From NCBI GenBank assembly GCA_047495785.1, contig JBLDXI010000009.1, forward strand, positions 682,001-746,000: DNA of 64,000 nucleotides, given 5' to 3'. The notes beneath the pieces are model-generated. The model did not search any database. It saw only the letters and a program-made list of their open reading frames with translations, and was not told the origin of the DNA. This document shows, in pieces, positions 1 to 11,099 of this stretch (position 1 is the stretch's first letter; each line of letters begins with the position of its first letter). Source of the DNA: Lepidodermella squamata (taxonomy: Eukaryota; Animalia; Gastrotricha). The position numbers were made by a program, and so were the translations under genes.

Positions 1-493
1 TTGGGTTCTAGTCATCGATATCACTATGACTATTGTCATAGCGACCAGGCGTGCAACTGCTGAAGCAGTTCAAATGATCATTGGTCACCTGTTTGGTGAC
101 GCAGCAAGCCCTTATATTGTCGGCATTGTAAGTAAAATTCAATCTGAGTTTCATTTATCTAATCTGCTTTTGCTCGTTTAGATATCTGACCAACTTCAAA
201 AAGTTGAGGGTGGAGCCACCAACGCCCAAATACAGTTCGTTGCTATGCAACAGGCGCTGTTCATCACCACCTTCATCGTCGTTATCAGTGGCTGTCTCTT
301 CTTGTTCGCCAGCTTGTACATCAACGAGGACGCTGCAAATGCGAAAAAGATGTCTCAGAAAGACCCAAACAGTGCTATTACTGCTGATGATAAACAGGCC
401 AAAGTTGAACAAGACATCCCGCTGCTGACCGCAGATCCTGCTGATGTAACAGTGACCCCAGCGCCGCCGAGCAATGATAGCAGCAAAGTATAG
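1..493 (+). CDS. SPNS1: Spinster-family MFS lysosomal transporter, 3' part (runs off window start)
   Basis: From nt 2: WVLVIDITMTIVIATRRATAEAVQMIIGHLFGDAASPYIVGI, intron 128-181, then ISDQ...MQQALFITTFIVVISGCLFLFASLYINED; matches the spinster RRSTA..Q...SHLLGDAGSPY motif. Stop at 491-493. Confidence 0.9.
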
Positions 494-1560
494 TATTAGA
501 AATCTGGTCTATTTCAGCTGTTTCTGTTTGATTTTGAATCAAAGTCTTGTGCGATTTTCGCTCGATTATAACCTATAACTTGAAAATCGTGCGTCCTCAT
601 TCGGTGATAGCCGCTTGTAAATTCATGAGCTTGTTCATGTTTCAATTTCTTCCAAAGTTGTTGCTTCAGATTGGTGTTCAGGATTTGTTAATGGTTTATT
701 CAAATGGGCTTTCTCGGCTTTCCAGTTATTATAACTTGACGCCTATTGAAGCGATATTTCTAATCTAAAAGCTTGTAAATCTAAGTCGTTTTTTTGACTA
801 AATCGTCTTGGCAATCCATTTTATCAGAACCCCTGATTATTTCTAATTATTAATACCGCTCTTTTTCCACCCGGGGAGCGGATTCAGCATTTGTTGTAGT
901 CCCTTTTCTCGAACGTTTGTCAAGTGTTTTGTTGTTTGATTTCTTTTTCCAGGTCTTGTTGGAACTGCTGCTTGAATATTACATTGATTTTATCAACAAA
1001 TATTTTAATTGCTTGCGACCTGTTTCGATGATTGTCAGGATTTTCATTTTCATTTATCTTTTTGTGCCAATCGCGTTTGTAAAATTGGTAATGGGCATCT
1101 CATAGCTTATTTGAATGTAAACTTAAGCCTCATTCCGCACAATATCAAAGTCGTGTAAAGATAATTTGTTCATTCTGCTCGGAAGATTCCTAGAAAACAT
1201 TAAAATGCGCCGAAAAATGCTCCGCAATTGAATCTCGTTCACGGGAGCGTAGTAATGAGAACTGCCATTAGTATCGAACTGTATTGATATAATCCGCTCA
1301 AACGGCGTAACACTTACTGGGTGCGTATCAGGTGTAATTTTGATTTCGAGATTTCGAAGCCCTCCATTATTAATTCTGCTTGCACGATTCCGCAATAAAA
1401 CCGTTATATCACCAAAAGTGTTTTGAAGTTCGACTTTGGTTTATTAGCATAACCTTAGGTAACAAAATCAGTAATTACAACAGAAGCGGCTTGAGATTGA
1501 CAACGCCAAAACGATAACAACAAAGTATAAATACAAACTAGAATGAGCAAATAATGCAAG

Positions 1561-2545
1561 TCAACAGGCCAACCACGGATGAGATGCTAGCGACTCGGGA
1601 TTGCGATCACCGTAATCATAGAGGATTTCTTCACCTGCGGAGATGTCTCGGGTCGCAACGAGAAGAACCCTCGGCTTCTCCTGAGGAGATGTTCGGCCAC
1701 CTCTCGAATTTCCATCATTATCCTGAGGAAATACTACACACCGCGTGACGCAATTGCCATTTCGCTTGTGATTAACCAGTCGGCCCATTCTGCCAGACTC
1801 TGAGGTGGCGTCGACACAGAAACGGCGTCCCTGAAAAATAAAAATAATTACATTTGTTCGAATCGAGTTGATAAGGACCTTACCTTGAAAAGAAAGTAGA
1901 GCATGTAACATCCAACCGTAGGATCCTCGGCGTACTTCTCCTCTCGTTTCCGAGCCTCAGTGACACTGACTAGTTCTCCAAAATACTCAACGACATATTC
2001 GCCTTTTTGAAACGGTCTTGTGGCAATGACACCCCGCCCTTTATCCGGAAAAAACTCGACCTGGAATAAGCCAACATCTGACGTTACTGACTCAGCACTC
2101 TTCCCATTTAACAAACCTTCAAGCCATCCTCGGAGCCGGTAAGAATTCTCTTTTCCATTGCCGCTTGTTGTTCAACCTGATAAAGCCAGCGATAAAGATA
2201 GGTATTCAAAAATAATTCAACTGCGTCCCACCTTGGACTGAGCCTCGAGCTTCCTCGAGCTTCTGCGCTGGAAGAAATCAGTGATCTGCGTCTGTCCATT
2301 TTGGTTATCGTGGTCAACAGACCTAAAACGTTATGACATGGAGAATGCTTTTGATCATGCTGTAAATCTTACTTGCTACGACGCGACGCTTTAGATTTAT
2401 TAGCGGGCTTTGTTGGTTTAGCCTCTGGTTTTTTCACTACAGCAGACGAAGGGTTTGCATTTTGAACATTCTGAAGCTTTTCTTTTGTTGATCCTTTATT
2501 AAACGACGACTTCTTGGCTTTCAGCGTCCGAGTTATTTCGGCCAT
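1561..2545 (-). CDS. KMT5A: Histone H4K20 monomethyltransferase PR-Set7/SETD8 (multi-exon)
   Basis: KGRGVIATRPFQKGEYVVEYFGEL, GCYMLYF, CVDATSESGRMGRLVNH, EILYDYGDR...HPWL; PIP-box-like QTQITDFFQRRSSRK. ATG at 2545. Confidence 0.93.
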
Positions 2546-3647
2546 TCGTCAACAAGGAAATAAGTCTAGAGAATAATTAGTAGCAAATATAAAGTATAAG
2601 TAAATATATACATAGGCATTTATAGGTAGCAGAATTACATATTTACGTTGCGCACCGTTCAGAGGTTCAGACAATCGATTCGAATAATAGACTGTAGCCC
2701 TATTTGTCTCAAGATCTCTACCAACTGAATGCTGCACACTGCAGTGATCCTAGAAATGTCTCAGAGTAGCGATTAGCGAAATCCTTAAAATAAATAACAC
2801 AACAGACACGGCACCAAGTCCGTCTGAGATGGGCGCGCAATAATTGCCAGCTTGAAAGGTGTCCAAATTACAGAATTTGGGTATTCTCCACTATATTGCA
2901 CAGGAGATTCCAACTTATAACTTGCCGATAAACGAACCTTGAACCTTTCACACGCATCACGCATTAACATCTGCAAGCATGTGCATTTTGCATTTTGCAT
3001 ACTGAACTTACTCATCACATAAAAACAAAATGTATTCGGTATTCGAAGATCAAAAATGATTGCGCATCCTAATCAACTAAGTACTACACCTAACAGAATT
3101 ATAAAGATGTACATACTTATAATGCACATCAGCAATAAATGTCAATACGCCGAGAGCCGAGACCATAGAGATCAAGTTTCAACGACTGTAAGGTGTAAGA
3201 ACGATAACGTGGCGGTATCCAAAGGTACGAGCTCTGCAGAGAGCAATTACGAATTACAACAAGTAACAAGTGAAAGTATAGGTGACGGGTGAAGGAATTG
3301 TCTCCTTTTTTCGCCGCAAACAAATCTAAAATTGGCTAAACCTATGAGATTTTATTTTTTCCGAAAGCAAAGTAGGAGCGCATAGCGAAAGAAGTTTTGA
3401 GTTCTGAAAAACTAACACGATGCCTGAAAAACTGAACACCTATGACTACGAAAACTACACGCGCGCCAACTGACAACCAAAGGGCAAAAGTGCGCCAAAA
3501 GATTTGAATTGATAGTTTTTGAACTCCACTGTCAATAAAATTCAGTGAATATATAAATAAATATGTTAACTGATATTACAAAAAATTTAGTTGTTAATGG
3601 CGGTATTTTTTTGAAATTGTCGAAAGGCGCCTTTTGACGGGGATCCA

Positions 3648-3660
3648 AGAAGCAGTCTTC
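3648..3660 (+). repeat. Left target-site duplication AGAAGCAGTCTTC
   Basis: Identical 13-mer recurs at 8076-8088, directly after the (TTG)n tail. Confidence 0.92.
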
Positions 3661-3743
3661 TGCGATTGAATATTAAATTTTCTGAGATCGTATTAAGCTT
3701 GAATTGTAAGCGAACCAGCTGGACGAGAAGAGTGCTGAAGGGC

Positions 3744-4796
3744 ATGCAGACAACATCGTCTACACCGCTAAACCACGACAACATTGGAACGAACAGGAAA
3801 AGACCGAAAACAATGTCCCCCGAAGACGAAGCCAAACAGCAAGAGCAGTTACGCAGTCTGTCGACAGCACTGGACGACTACGCGAAAAGAGACGCGGAAA
3901 GCATGGATCCCGGTCTTCGCCTGCTTCTGCAAGGGGTGAGCATGCTTTTGTCAATTGAGGGTAACCGCAAAACTAATGAGCGTCTGGATGCTCTCGAGGA
4001 CAAGGCTAGCACAATGGAAGCGACCCTTGACTCTTTGATAACAAGCTCGGAATCACTTGAACGCAAGATGGCGGCTAATGTAGCATCGGCAAAAACTGCA
4101 ACGGCGAAGGCAACGTCATGGGCTGCGAATGCCTCACGTGAAGCAAAAGCAACATCTGTGCTCCACAATCTAGCTGAGCTGCGCCGTACGGCCAATGCTA
4201 TCTGGGACGAAAGGAAGGCCAATACAAAACTTGTGTTCTTTAAGCTTGGCATCGTGAATGGTGTTGAGGCATTCCTATCGAAGTTCAATGCCCTCTCGAT
4301 TGGCACAAAACCGGTCAAGAAAATATTTGAAGAAGCAGCCCCATCGGAGGTCAGCTCAACTGAAATTGAAACGAAAGCGAGGAACGGCTCATCACTAAAG
4401 AAAACCATCACCGTAGTCACTTTTAAAAACTTGAAATCAAAATCGAAAGAGATCTTCTCCAAGGAAATGAATGCGGCGATGCTCAGTATCGGGGTGGCCT
4501 TTAAGCAACATGAAGGGCCGAAGGAGCGGCATGTCCGTTCGAAGTTAATCGAACGTGCTAAGTGTTTATCCAGAAACGAAGAGGAGTTCAAGAAGTGGAA
4601 GATAAAAACGGGCTTCATGGTCCGCGCAGACACCAATGTGGCATTCTGGTACCACGAAGGCCTGAACTCTGCGATTCTGATGGAGGATGCACTGGTTGAA
4701 GTCTGGTTCAACGAAAAATCCATCGATGAAGTGATAAACATGGCACTGCCGGGCGTTGGCTTTGGCGATGAGGATATCGAGGCTATGACACAATAG
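3744..4796 (+). CDS. LINE ORF1 (350 aa; coiled-coil, probable nucleic-acid-binding protein)
   Basis: First ATG at 3744; heptad-like region (RLDALEDKASTMEATLDSL); basic C-terminal half; lies upstream of APE-RT. Confidence 0.8.
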   Translation: MQTTSSTPLNHDNIGTNRKRPKTMSPEDEAKQQEQLRSLSTALDDYAKRDAESMDPGLRLLLQGVSMLLSIEGNRKTNERLDALEDKASTMEATLDSLITSSESLERKMAANVASAKTATAKATSWAANASREAKATSVLHNLAELRRTANAIWDERKANTKLVFFKLGIVNGVEAFLSKFNALSIGTKPVKKIFEEAAPSEVSSTEIETKARNGSSLKKTITVVTFKNLKSKSKEIFSKEMNAAMLSIGVAFKQHEGPKERHVRSKLIERAKCLSRNEEEFKKWKIKTGFMVRADTNVAFWYHEGLNSAILMEDALVEVWFNEKSIDEVINMALPGVGFGDEDIEAMTQ

Positions 4797-7700
4797 GATA
4801 AAGACCGACCTGATCCACTAAGAATATGCTGTTGGAACATTTGTGGTAGTTCAAGAACGATGAACAACAAAGTTAATCAATTTGTCTGTGAATTCGCAAT
4901 ATTCTGCTTTCTAGAAGCTTTCCACTGTAATTACATCCCTATTAAATCGCACAATATCTACCACGTTGAGCCCACTATTGCTGTCTCTGGCATGGGAAGG
5001 CCTAGTGGTGGCCTCGCCCTTGGAGTCTGCAAAAACATTGAGGATCGCGTGAAAATTCTGCACCATGATAATAACTCCATCTGGCTTACGATCGATGTAC
5101 ATATATTAGTTGTTTTTCTGTACTTTCGCCCAGGCTTAACCAGCGAAAGACGTGAATTCTTTCAAAAAACTGTTGCTACCTTTGACGAGCTGCATGCTAC
5201 GCACTGCTTTAAAAACTGGTTCTTCTTTGGTGACCTGAATGTACGCATTGGGGCTGACGACTGGGCGGAAGACGCTGACGCTCTGTTCTGGGAAGATGAG
5301 GCACCTTGCCCGGCTCGTGTCTCGGAGGATGTAATTAAGTCTAAAGAGAGCGAAGTCAGACTGCTTCGAGAAATGACTCACGAGCTAGACTGCACTGTGG
5401 CCAATGGAAGGCTGGGACAAGACGCAGGTGTTGGAAAATTAACGCGTCCTAAATCGGAAGCCGTGCTTGATTACTTACTTGTCTCGAACAACATAACCTT
5501 TCAGGAACTCGACTTCTGGGTGCACGAAGACTCAATGGGTTCTGATCACCGCCCGATCTGCGCTACACTGTTTAAGCCAAGCAATATCCCTAAAACAGGC
5601 CAGACCGACGAAGTGAAGCCCAAAATTCCGCAGATGTCGACTCTTCTCGACGTCACCCTGACCAAAGGTGTGGCGGCGTACTGGGATTCAAGAATGAATT
5701 ACCTTCAAAAGAAGTTAGAGACAGACAATCCCGACGAGCAGCTACAAACGATAATGCAACTTCTACAACCCGCGTTTATTACCAGGCCGGCAAGAGGTCC
5801 ACTCAAGGCAACTAATCAGTCGATACTACTGGAGAAAATCATCATGGATCGTTCTAACAGGGAACTTTTCCGGGCTTTCCGCGAACAAAACGAGTCCTGC
5901 GAGACGGCTATAAAAGTATCTGACTGGTGGAAACACTGCAAATCCCTCTTCTCTGGTACAAGCACAGCCAACTTCAAACCAAACAGAGCTGTTAAAGTTG
6001 ACGCCTTGGACAAATCACTCGAACTCGATGAAATAAAATCTGTCATTGACAACCTGGCTGTTGATAAGGCACCGGGATACGATGGTATAACTGCCCGCGC
6101 TATTAAGGCTAATGACACGACCAAGAACTTCTTCTCTCACGTTGCCTACTGGTTCCTCAAGAACTGTTTCGAGAAGTCGTCTTTCCCAACACCGCTCAAA
6201 GAAGTCACCATGACCGCTATTTTCAAAAAAGGCGACAAGCTCGATCCGAATAACTACAGAACCATATCGCTAATGCCGCTGTTCTATCGAATTTACTCAA
6301 AAGTGCTGTACACTCGCCTCTATCGCTGGGCTGAGGATAACAAAATTCTTCCGCCAAACCAGTTCGGATTCCGCGAAGACATGGGTGCGTCCGAAGCAGC
6401 TGCAGTACTGATCGCTGCGATTGCAAACGCGCTAAAGGAGAAGGGTGGGTATCTAATTGCCTGTTTCTTTGACTTCGTTAAAGCTTTTGATCGCGTCCCC
6501 CATGATATTCTGTTCGAGACTCTATTTCAGAAAGGCGTCTCTTCTCACTTCATCTCAGTGCTGTCCGACTTGTATCAAAACAGCTTTGCCCGTCTCCGTG
6601 TCGGTAAATCATCAACTGAGCCGTTCGACCTAGAGCAAGGCGTTAAACAAGGTGACGCTCTATCGCCACTCCTCTTCTCCATACTGATCAGCGACTTGCC
6701 GGACTTCCTTTCAAAATGCGGCGTCAATAGCGAGGCAAAAATCAACAACGAGACGGCGCTAGCGGCACTGAAATTTGCTGATGATACCACTGGTCTTTCC
6801 AGAAGTGTCGCTAATATGCAAAGACTAATCAACGCTGTCGACAGTTTCGCTAAACTCCGTGGTATGGAAATTAACACGTCCAAAACGAAGATTGTTATCT
6901 TTTGCAAACGGCGCACTGACTTTATCTTGTCTATTGCCAAGGCTTTCTCGCTCAACGGTATCCAAATCGAGTGCGTATGGACGTTCAAATACCTTGGAAT
7001 TCCGCTTGCATTCAACCTGAACTGGAGAGAGGCCACCTCAACAGGTATATCTCGCGGTCTAACGACCTTTGCGGCGATAAAGAGGAGAGGGATCCACATT
7101 GCTCAACTGAAAAGGTCACAGTTGGACACACTGATCGATGTAAAGATATATGGCTCAGCACTGTATGGCGCTCAGTTGTGGGGCGCCTTTACCGGAGCGG
7201 ACATCGATAGGCCGTTGCTTAGAACCCACAAGCTAGCCTGGGGACTTAACTCCTGTACTTCGAACATAAGGACGTCTTGCGAACTGGGGCTAAAGTCGAA
7301 AACGACGCAAGCCCGCATGATGAGTACCGCCTTCTTCCTCAAGTTGAGTAACAGCCGCAATGCGCTGGCAAGAGCGGCTTTCTCAGGGTTACTAGAAAAT
7401 GACTACAAATTCAACCCGATCATCAGGGTCTCCCAACTCCTACGAGCCAGCGCACCCAATTTCGAATGGATTACTGGCCTGTCGCCGCGAGAAATGGCCT
7501 CGATGGAACGCTCTTTACAGGAAAAGGCGGCAATGTTGACAGAGCAGCAAACAATGGAGTGCATGAGGGATAAATACATCATTGGCCCGAGCCTATCGTT
7601 TGGCAGCTTGGAGAAATATGGAACCAGCCTGCGGAAGGATCTAACGAGGGTTGTTGTCCAAATTAGAACCGGTTCTGCCTTCAAACCATTTAAATTGATA

Positions 7701-7961
7701 TCAAAAGGGGCCTCTACCATCTGCTGTATTGAGTGCGGCGCACCGGTGCTGATCTCAATGGTAACGGAACACCTGACTGAAGACTGCGCTGGCTGCCCCG
7801 TTCCCTCGGTCTTCAGAGCAATGCATCTTCAAAATGTCAACCTATGGGATATTGCAAATGACACGGAGAGGAGGCTACTTGTCACCGCCCTGAAGAAATC
7901 GCTGCAGAAGTTCAAATCTGTTTATTATTCAAATGTTATAATTTTAAATAATAATGTGTGA
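4797..7961 (+). CDS. LINE ORF2: APE endonuclease + reverse transcriptase + CCHC-like domain
   Basis: Endonuclease motifs LRICCWNICG, GDLNVRIG, LDY, SDH; RT motifs KAPGYDGI, NYRTISL, QFGFR, DFVKAFD, GVKQGDALSP, FADD, FKYLG; C-terminal CIEC...EHLTEDC. Frame open from directly after the ORF1 TAG. Confidence 0.95.
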   Translation, partial: DKDRPDPLRICCWNICGSSRTMNNKVNQFVCEFAIFCFLEAFHCNYIPIKSHNIYHVEPTIAVSGMGRPSGGLALGVCKNIEDRVKILHHDNNSIWLTIDVHILVVFLYFRPGLTSERREFFQKTVATFDELHATHCFKNWFFFGDLNVRIGADDWAEDADALFWEDEAPCPARVSEDVIKSKESEVRLLREMTHELDCTVANGRLGQDAGVGKLTRPKSEAVLDYLLVSNNITFQELDFWVHEDSMGSDHRPICATLFKPSNIPKTGQTDEVKPKIPQMSTLLDVTLTKGVAAYWDSRMNYLQKKLETDNPDEQLQTIMQLLQPAFITRPARGPLKATNQSILLEKIIMDRSNRELFRAFREQNESCETAIKVSDWWKHCKSLFSGTSTANFKPNRAVKVDALDKSLELDEIKSVIDNLAVDKAPGYDGITARAIKANDTTKNFFSHVAYWFLKNCFEKSSFPTPLKEVTMTAIFKKGDKLDPNNYRTISLMPLFYRIYSKVLYTRLYRWAEDNKILPPNQFGFREDMGASEAAAVLIAAIANALKEKGGYLIACFFDFVKAFDRVPHDILFETLFQKGVSSHFISVLSDLYQNSFARLRVGKSSTEPFDLEQGVKQGDALSPLLFSILISDLPDFLSKCGVNSEAKINNETALAALKFADDTTGLSRSVANMQRLINAVDSFAKLRGMEINTSKTKIVIFCKRRTDFILSIAKAFSLNGIQIECVWTFKYLGIPLAFNLNWREATSTGISRGLTTFAAIKRRGIHIAQLKRSQLDTLIDVKIYGSALYGAQLWGAFTGADIDRPLLRTHKLAWGLNSCTSNIRTSCELGLKSKTTQARMMSTAFFLKLSNSRNALARAAFSGLLENDYKFNPIIRVSQLLRASAPNFEWITGLSPREMASMERSLQEKAAMLTEQQTMECMRDKYIIGPSLSFGSLEKYGTSLRKDLTRVVVQIRTGSAFKPFKLISKGASTICCIECGAPVLISMVTEHLTEDCAGCPVPSVFRAMHLQNVNLWDIANDTERRLLVTALKKSLQKFKSVYYSNVIILNNNV

Positions 7962-8075
7962 AAAGTAGACTAAGTTGTATTATGTAACTCTGCTAGTTCG
8001 CTATATCTACTGAGTACTATTTTTTTGATTGGATCAGTGATCGGTCAATAAAGAAACGATTGTTGTTGTTGTTGT

Positions 8076-8088
8076 AGAAGCAGTCTTC
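8076..8088 (+). repeat. Right target-site duplication AGAAGCAGTCTTC
   Basis: Identical to 3648-3660. Confidence 0.92.
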
Positions 8089-9400
8089 ATTAACGAATTG
8101 CCAGTTCAATGCAAAAACAGCATCGCATCGCTGTTCGCCGACGACACAACGATCGTGGCCCGTGGGAAGACGCCTGAAGAAGTCAAGGCGAAGCTAGAGG
8201 CGGACCTTCGCAGTATCGGCGATTGGTTACACGCCAACTGTCTCAAAGTGAATCGGGACAAATCTAATTATATGTTTTTGTCTAACCAACAGGCTTCTGC
8301 TCCAGAAATTCGATTCGGTGAAGTCGATCTGCCGCCACTTGACCACGTGAAAATCCTGGGAGTCTATCTGGACTCAAAGCTCACCATGGAAAAGCACGTC
8401 GATCATCTGATCAAAGCCGCAAGAAGTGGTACCTACGCACTACGTAAAGCGGCTCGGCACACCGACCTGAAGACTCGAACAATGATGTACGACGGCATCA
8501 TCGGGTCGAAGTTCAACTACTGCGACGCCGTCATCGATCAGGGCTGCAAGACCCAGCTGGATCGACTTCAACACGCGCAAAACAAAGCCGTTCGTGCCGT
8601 TCTCGACGTCAGTCCTGACGTGCCCGCCGATGAAGTTCTCGTGCGATTGCGATGGGTGAATCTGCAAGGCAAACGACTGGTCCACCTGGCTACAACCATG
8701 TGGAAGTGCAGCAGGGATCCTGAGACCCCCGAGGCACTCTCGTCGCTAGTCAAGCCGATGAACCAACAGCATGACCACAACACTCGAGGCGCCGCCACCG
8801 GGAAGTACGTCAAGCCATCGTGCAAGCTCGCCACAGGCCAGCGCTCGTTCCCAACCAAGGCCATCCAGTGGTGGAACCAGCTGCCAGCGAAGATCAGGCT
8901 GTCTGCTACCACAAAGGCGTGCCGGCAAGCCACGCTCGAATTCCTACGCGAACAGGCCAAACACGACGCCATCATCAAGGCGAATAGCGAGCGAAAGAAG
9001 AAGGAACTCAACGCCTCTCTGCAGCCGCAGGTCGCGTTCAATCCGTACTCCAAAGCCGCCTTCGTCTACAACTACGTGCCGAACTAAATGAGTTTTCCAA
9101 ATTTCTATTTATATTCTTCAAAGCCTATACTCAACCAAATGTAATATACTTTATTTTCTTTATAGCTCCGTCATTAAATTATCTTATATTTTGGCTCCGT
9201 GAATTACCTCTTGTAAATTATCTCTACTCTTGTAAATATTCCTCCAAACTAGTCTTTTGGTAGCTTTCTTGCTACGACGGCGTTTGTAGGCTTCGCTGAG
9301 TGAGTGGAAAAGCCACCTGGGCACTAATGCCTGGGCCCTGGAGAAACAGTCAGCAATAACTGGAGTACCAGGGGTAGGGATTTCAATTAAGTAGTTATTA
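8083..9400 (+). mobile_element. 5'-truncated LINE (CR1/L2/Crack-like), RT C-terminal half plus 3' UTR
   Basis: VFINELP...LFADDTTI...WLHANCLKVNRDKS...KILGVYLDSKLT...LQHAQNKAVR...WWNQLP, open to the stop at 9087; AT-rich 3' UTR with a CCCTGG...CCAGGG hairpin at ~9336-9373. 3' end approximate. Confidence 0.88.
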
Positions 9401-10858
9401 AACCAGTTTCAAACTTTCCTAGAGCGTAAGCTCGCGATTTTCTCACAAGCTCCGCCTTATGGTGAAAGCTTGAGTCCGTCAGGGCGAGGAGAAATCGTAA
9501 ATCCTGATCCTGATCCTGATTCCACGCCAGAAAATCCTACCTTAGAAGTGCACGACCATTGATAATCTACGATCATCCTCCTTCCCTCACACTGAGTGTG
9601 GCGGCGAAACTCTTCGGAGTGTACAGTTGTAATCATCATTACGCTTGTGATTTGGTAAAACAGCACCAGTCATAAAAGTCTGGAGTACTGTGTGTTCCTT
9701 TGCGCGATTGCAGCCTGATCATATTTACCGTTATTTGTTTTATTGGGGCCAGCAGTACTTCAAATACATATAGTAGCGTCGGGCGTTTTTATCGTAGTTT
9801 AGTACCGCAGCATCCAGCATCTAAAACATGACTTAAAGTACTGTCTTTGTTCTAAATAATAAAATCCCCGTTTCGGTACCGTGCCTTCATGCAAGTGCGA
9901 TGGACATTACCGTTCGATTAACGGAATAGAATTCACGCTAAGGAATTATATACCGGGTGAATTTTTTCCCTTTTTGTGCTGTTTAATCAAATCACGAACG
10001 ATTAGAAGTCCTATCGGCTGGTTGCTGATTTTTACGCGACATTCGATTCTGACACGGATAGGCCTGCAGCCACCGCTTAATGCATACTTTCATAACTACG
10101 CCTTCCTCCTTTCTAGAATCGAAATTGGCAATTGGCTTTGGTAAAACCACTACTAATTCATGGATGGCTTATATCTCCTAACCAACCACCAACCGATGAC
10201 CCGTTTGTCCACTCTAAATGCAAATGCCTCTTGAGGGAGAAGATGGTGGTGGTTTATTTTGAGTGTATAGTGTATAGTGTATGTCGCTATTGATGCTGAG
10301 ACAGGGGCGCGGGGAAAAGGGAGAAGTGATGATAGGGCCTGCGTGAATTGAGTTATTCATCCTTAGTCTCGCTCTCGCTGCTCGTTCGTGATGCCTGAAA
10401 TCTTGCAAATAACAAATTTTAGACGCCCTATATTGAATTTGCATTTTTTGAAGAGTAACAGCTGATGCTTGTTTATTATTCGCCTGTTTTATTCCACGGC
10501 GTAACAAAGTACAAACTATGGTGCCCGGTGCCTTTTCAATGCGTGCTTCTCATTTGCTCACAACTTTACTATTTGGGTTCTGAAATTTTTAACTCGGATT
10601 ACCTGGAAACCTCCTACTATACAGCATTCCTTTTGAAGCTATCCTTGGTTCTGGCCGCAATATTTTTCGGGAACTGGTCCTGACCATATATTTTATTCTG
10701 TTTAGTGGCAGAATACACAGTATCATACACAATACCTATCATTCTAGCAAAAATAAAATTAACACTACCCTAAATGATGCTTTTGGCGCCACCGTGCAAC
10801 CCCTGGCACGCTAAAAAATTGCGATTATCTACGCCTCTGCCCACTGCTATGGGCCTTT

Positions 10859-11057
10859 TCCAATTTCGTTGGTAGAAGTGCCCTCTCCGATGGTTCACTC
10901 CACGAGGGCGTCGCTCTCAGAGGGTTTAGTTTAAGGTTAGAGTTAGATTGAGGATTGGGGTTAGGGTCAGGTTAGGTTGGGGCGGAGTGAACAATCTGAG
11001 AGGGAGACCTCTGAGAGCGACGCCCTCTTAGAGGGCACTTCTACCAACAAAATTGGA
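10859..11057. mobile_element. MITE with nested inverted repeats around a degenerate TTAGGG-like core
   Basis: TCCAATTTCGTTGGTAGAAGTGCCCTCT / AGAGGGCACTTCTACCAACAAAATTGGA (28 bp, 1 mismatch); perfect inner 20-bp IR GAGGGCGTCGCTCTCAGAGG / CCTCTGAGAGCGACGCCCTC. Confidence 0.8.
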
Positions 11058-11099
11058 GGAGGCAAGCCAGGCTTCGATTTTCGAAAGATCAATTCTGTT

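Larger units (their letters stand above)
3661..8075 (+). mobile_element. Apparently full-length, intact non-LTR retrotransposon (APE-RT type, RTEX-like), 4415 bp
   Basis: Two uninterrupted ORFs, AATAAA near 8047, (TTG)n tail 8060-8075, perfect 13-bp TSD. The clade call is inferred from NGRLGQD.G.GKLT...VLDY, a C-terminal CCHC-like motif and the microsatellite tail with long TSD. Confidence 0.93.

Noticed and set aside
3597-3660. ATG that might have driven the truncated RT before the first LINE inserted
   Set aside because: Reads ATG GCG GTA TTT TTT TGA: out of frame and stopped.
3878-4870. 330-aa minus-strand ORF and similar antisense ORFs (e.g. 6575-7099, 18504-18995, 19638-20171)
   Set aside because: They shadow real coding sequence on the other strand and carry no motifs.
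9416-9563. Exon-like stretch (TTCCTAG then RKLAIFSQAPPYG...PDPDPD...)
   Set aside because: No upstream exons or homology could be identified.
10922-10983. Interstitial telomere
   Set aside because: Short, degenerate and enclosed in MITE inverted repeats.
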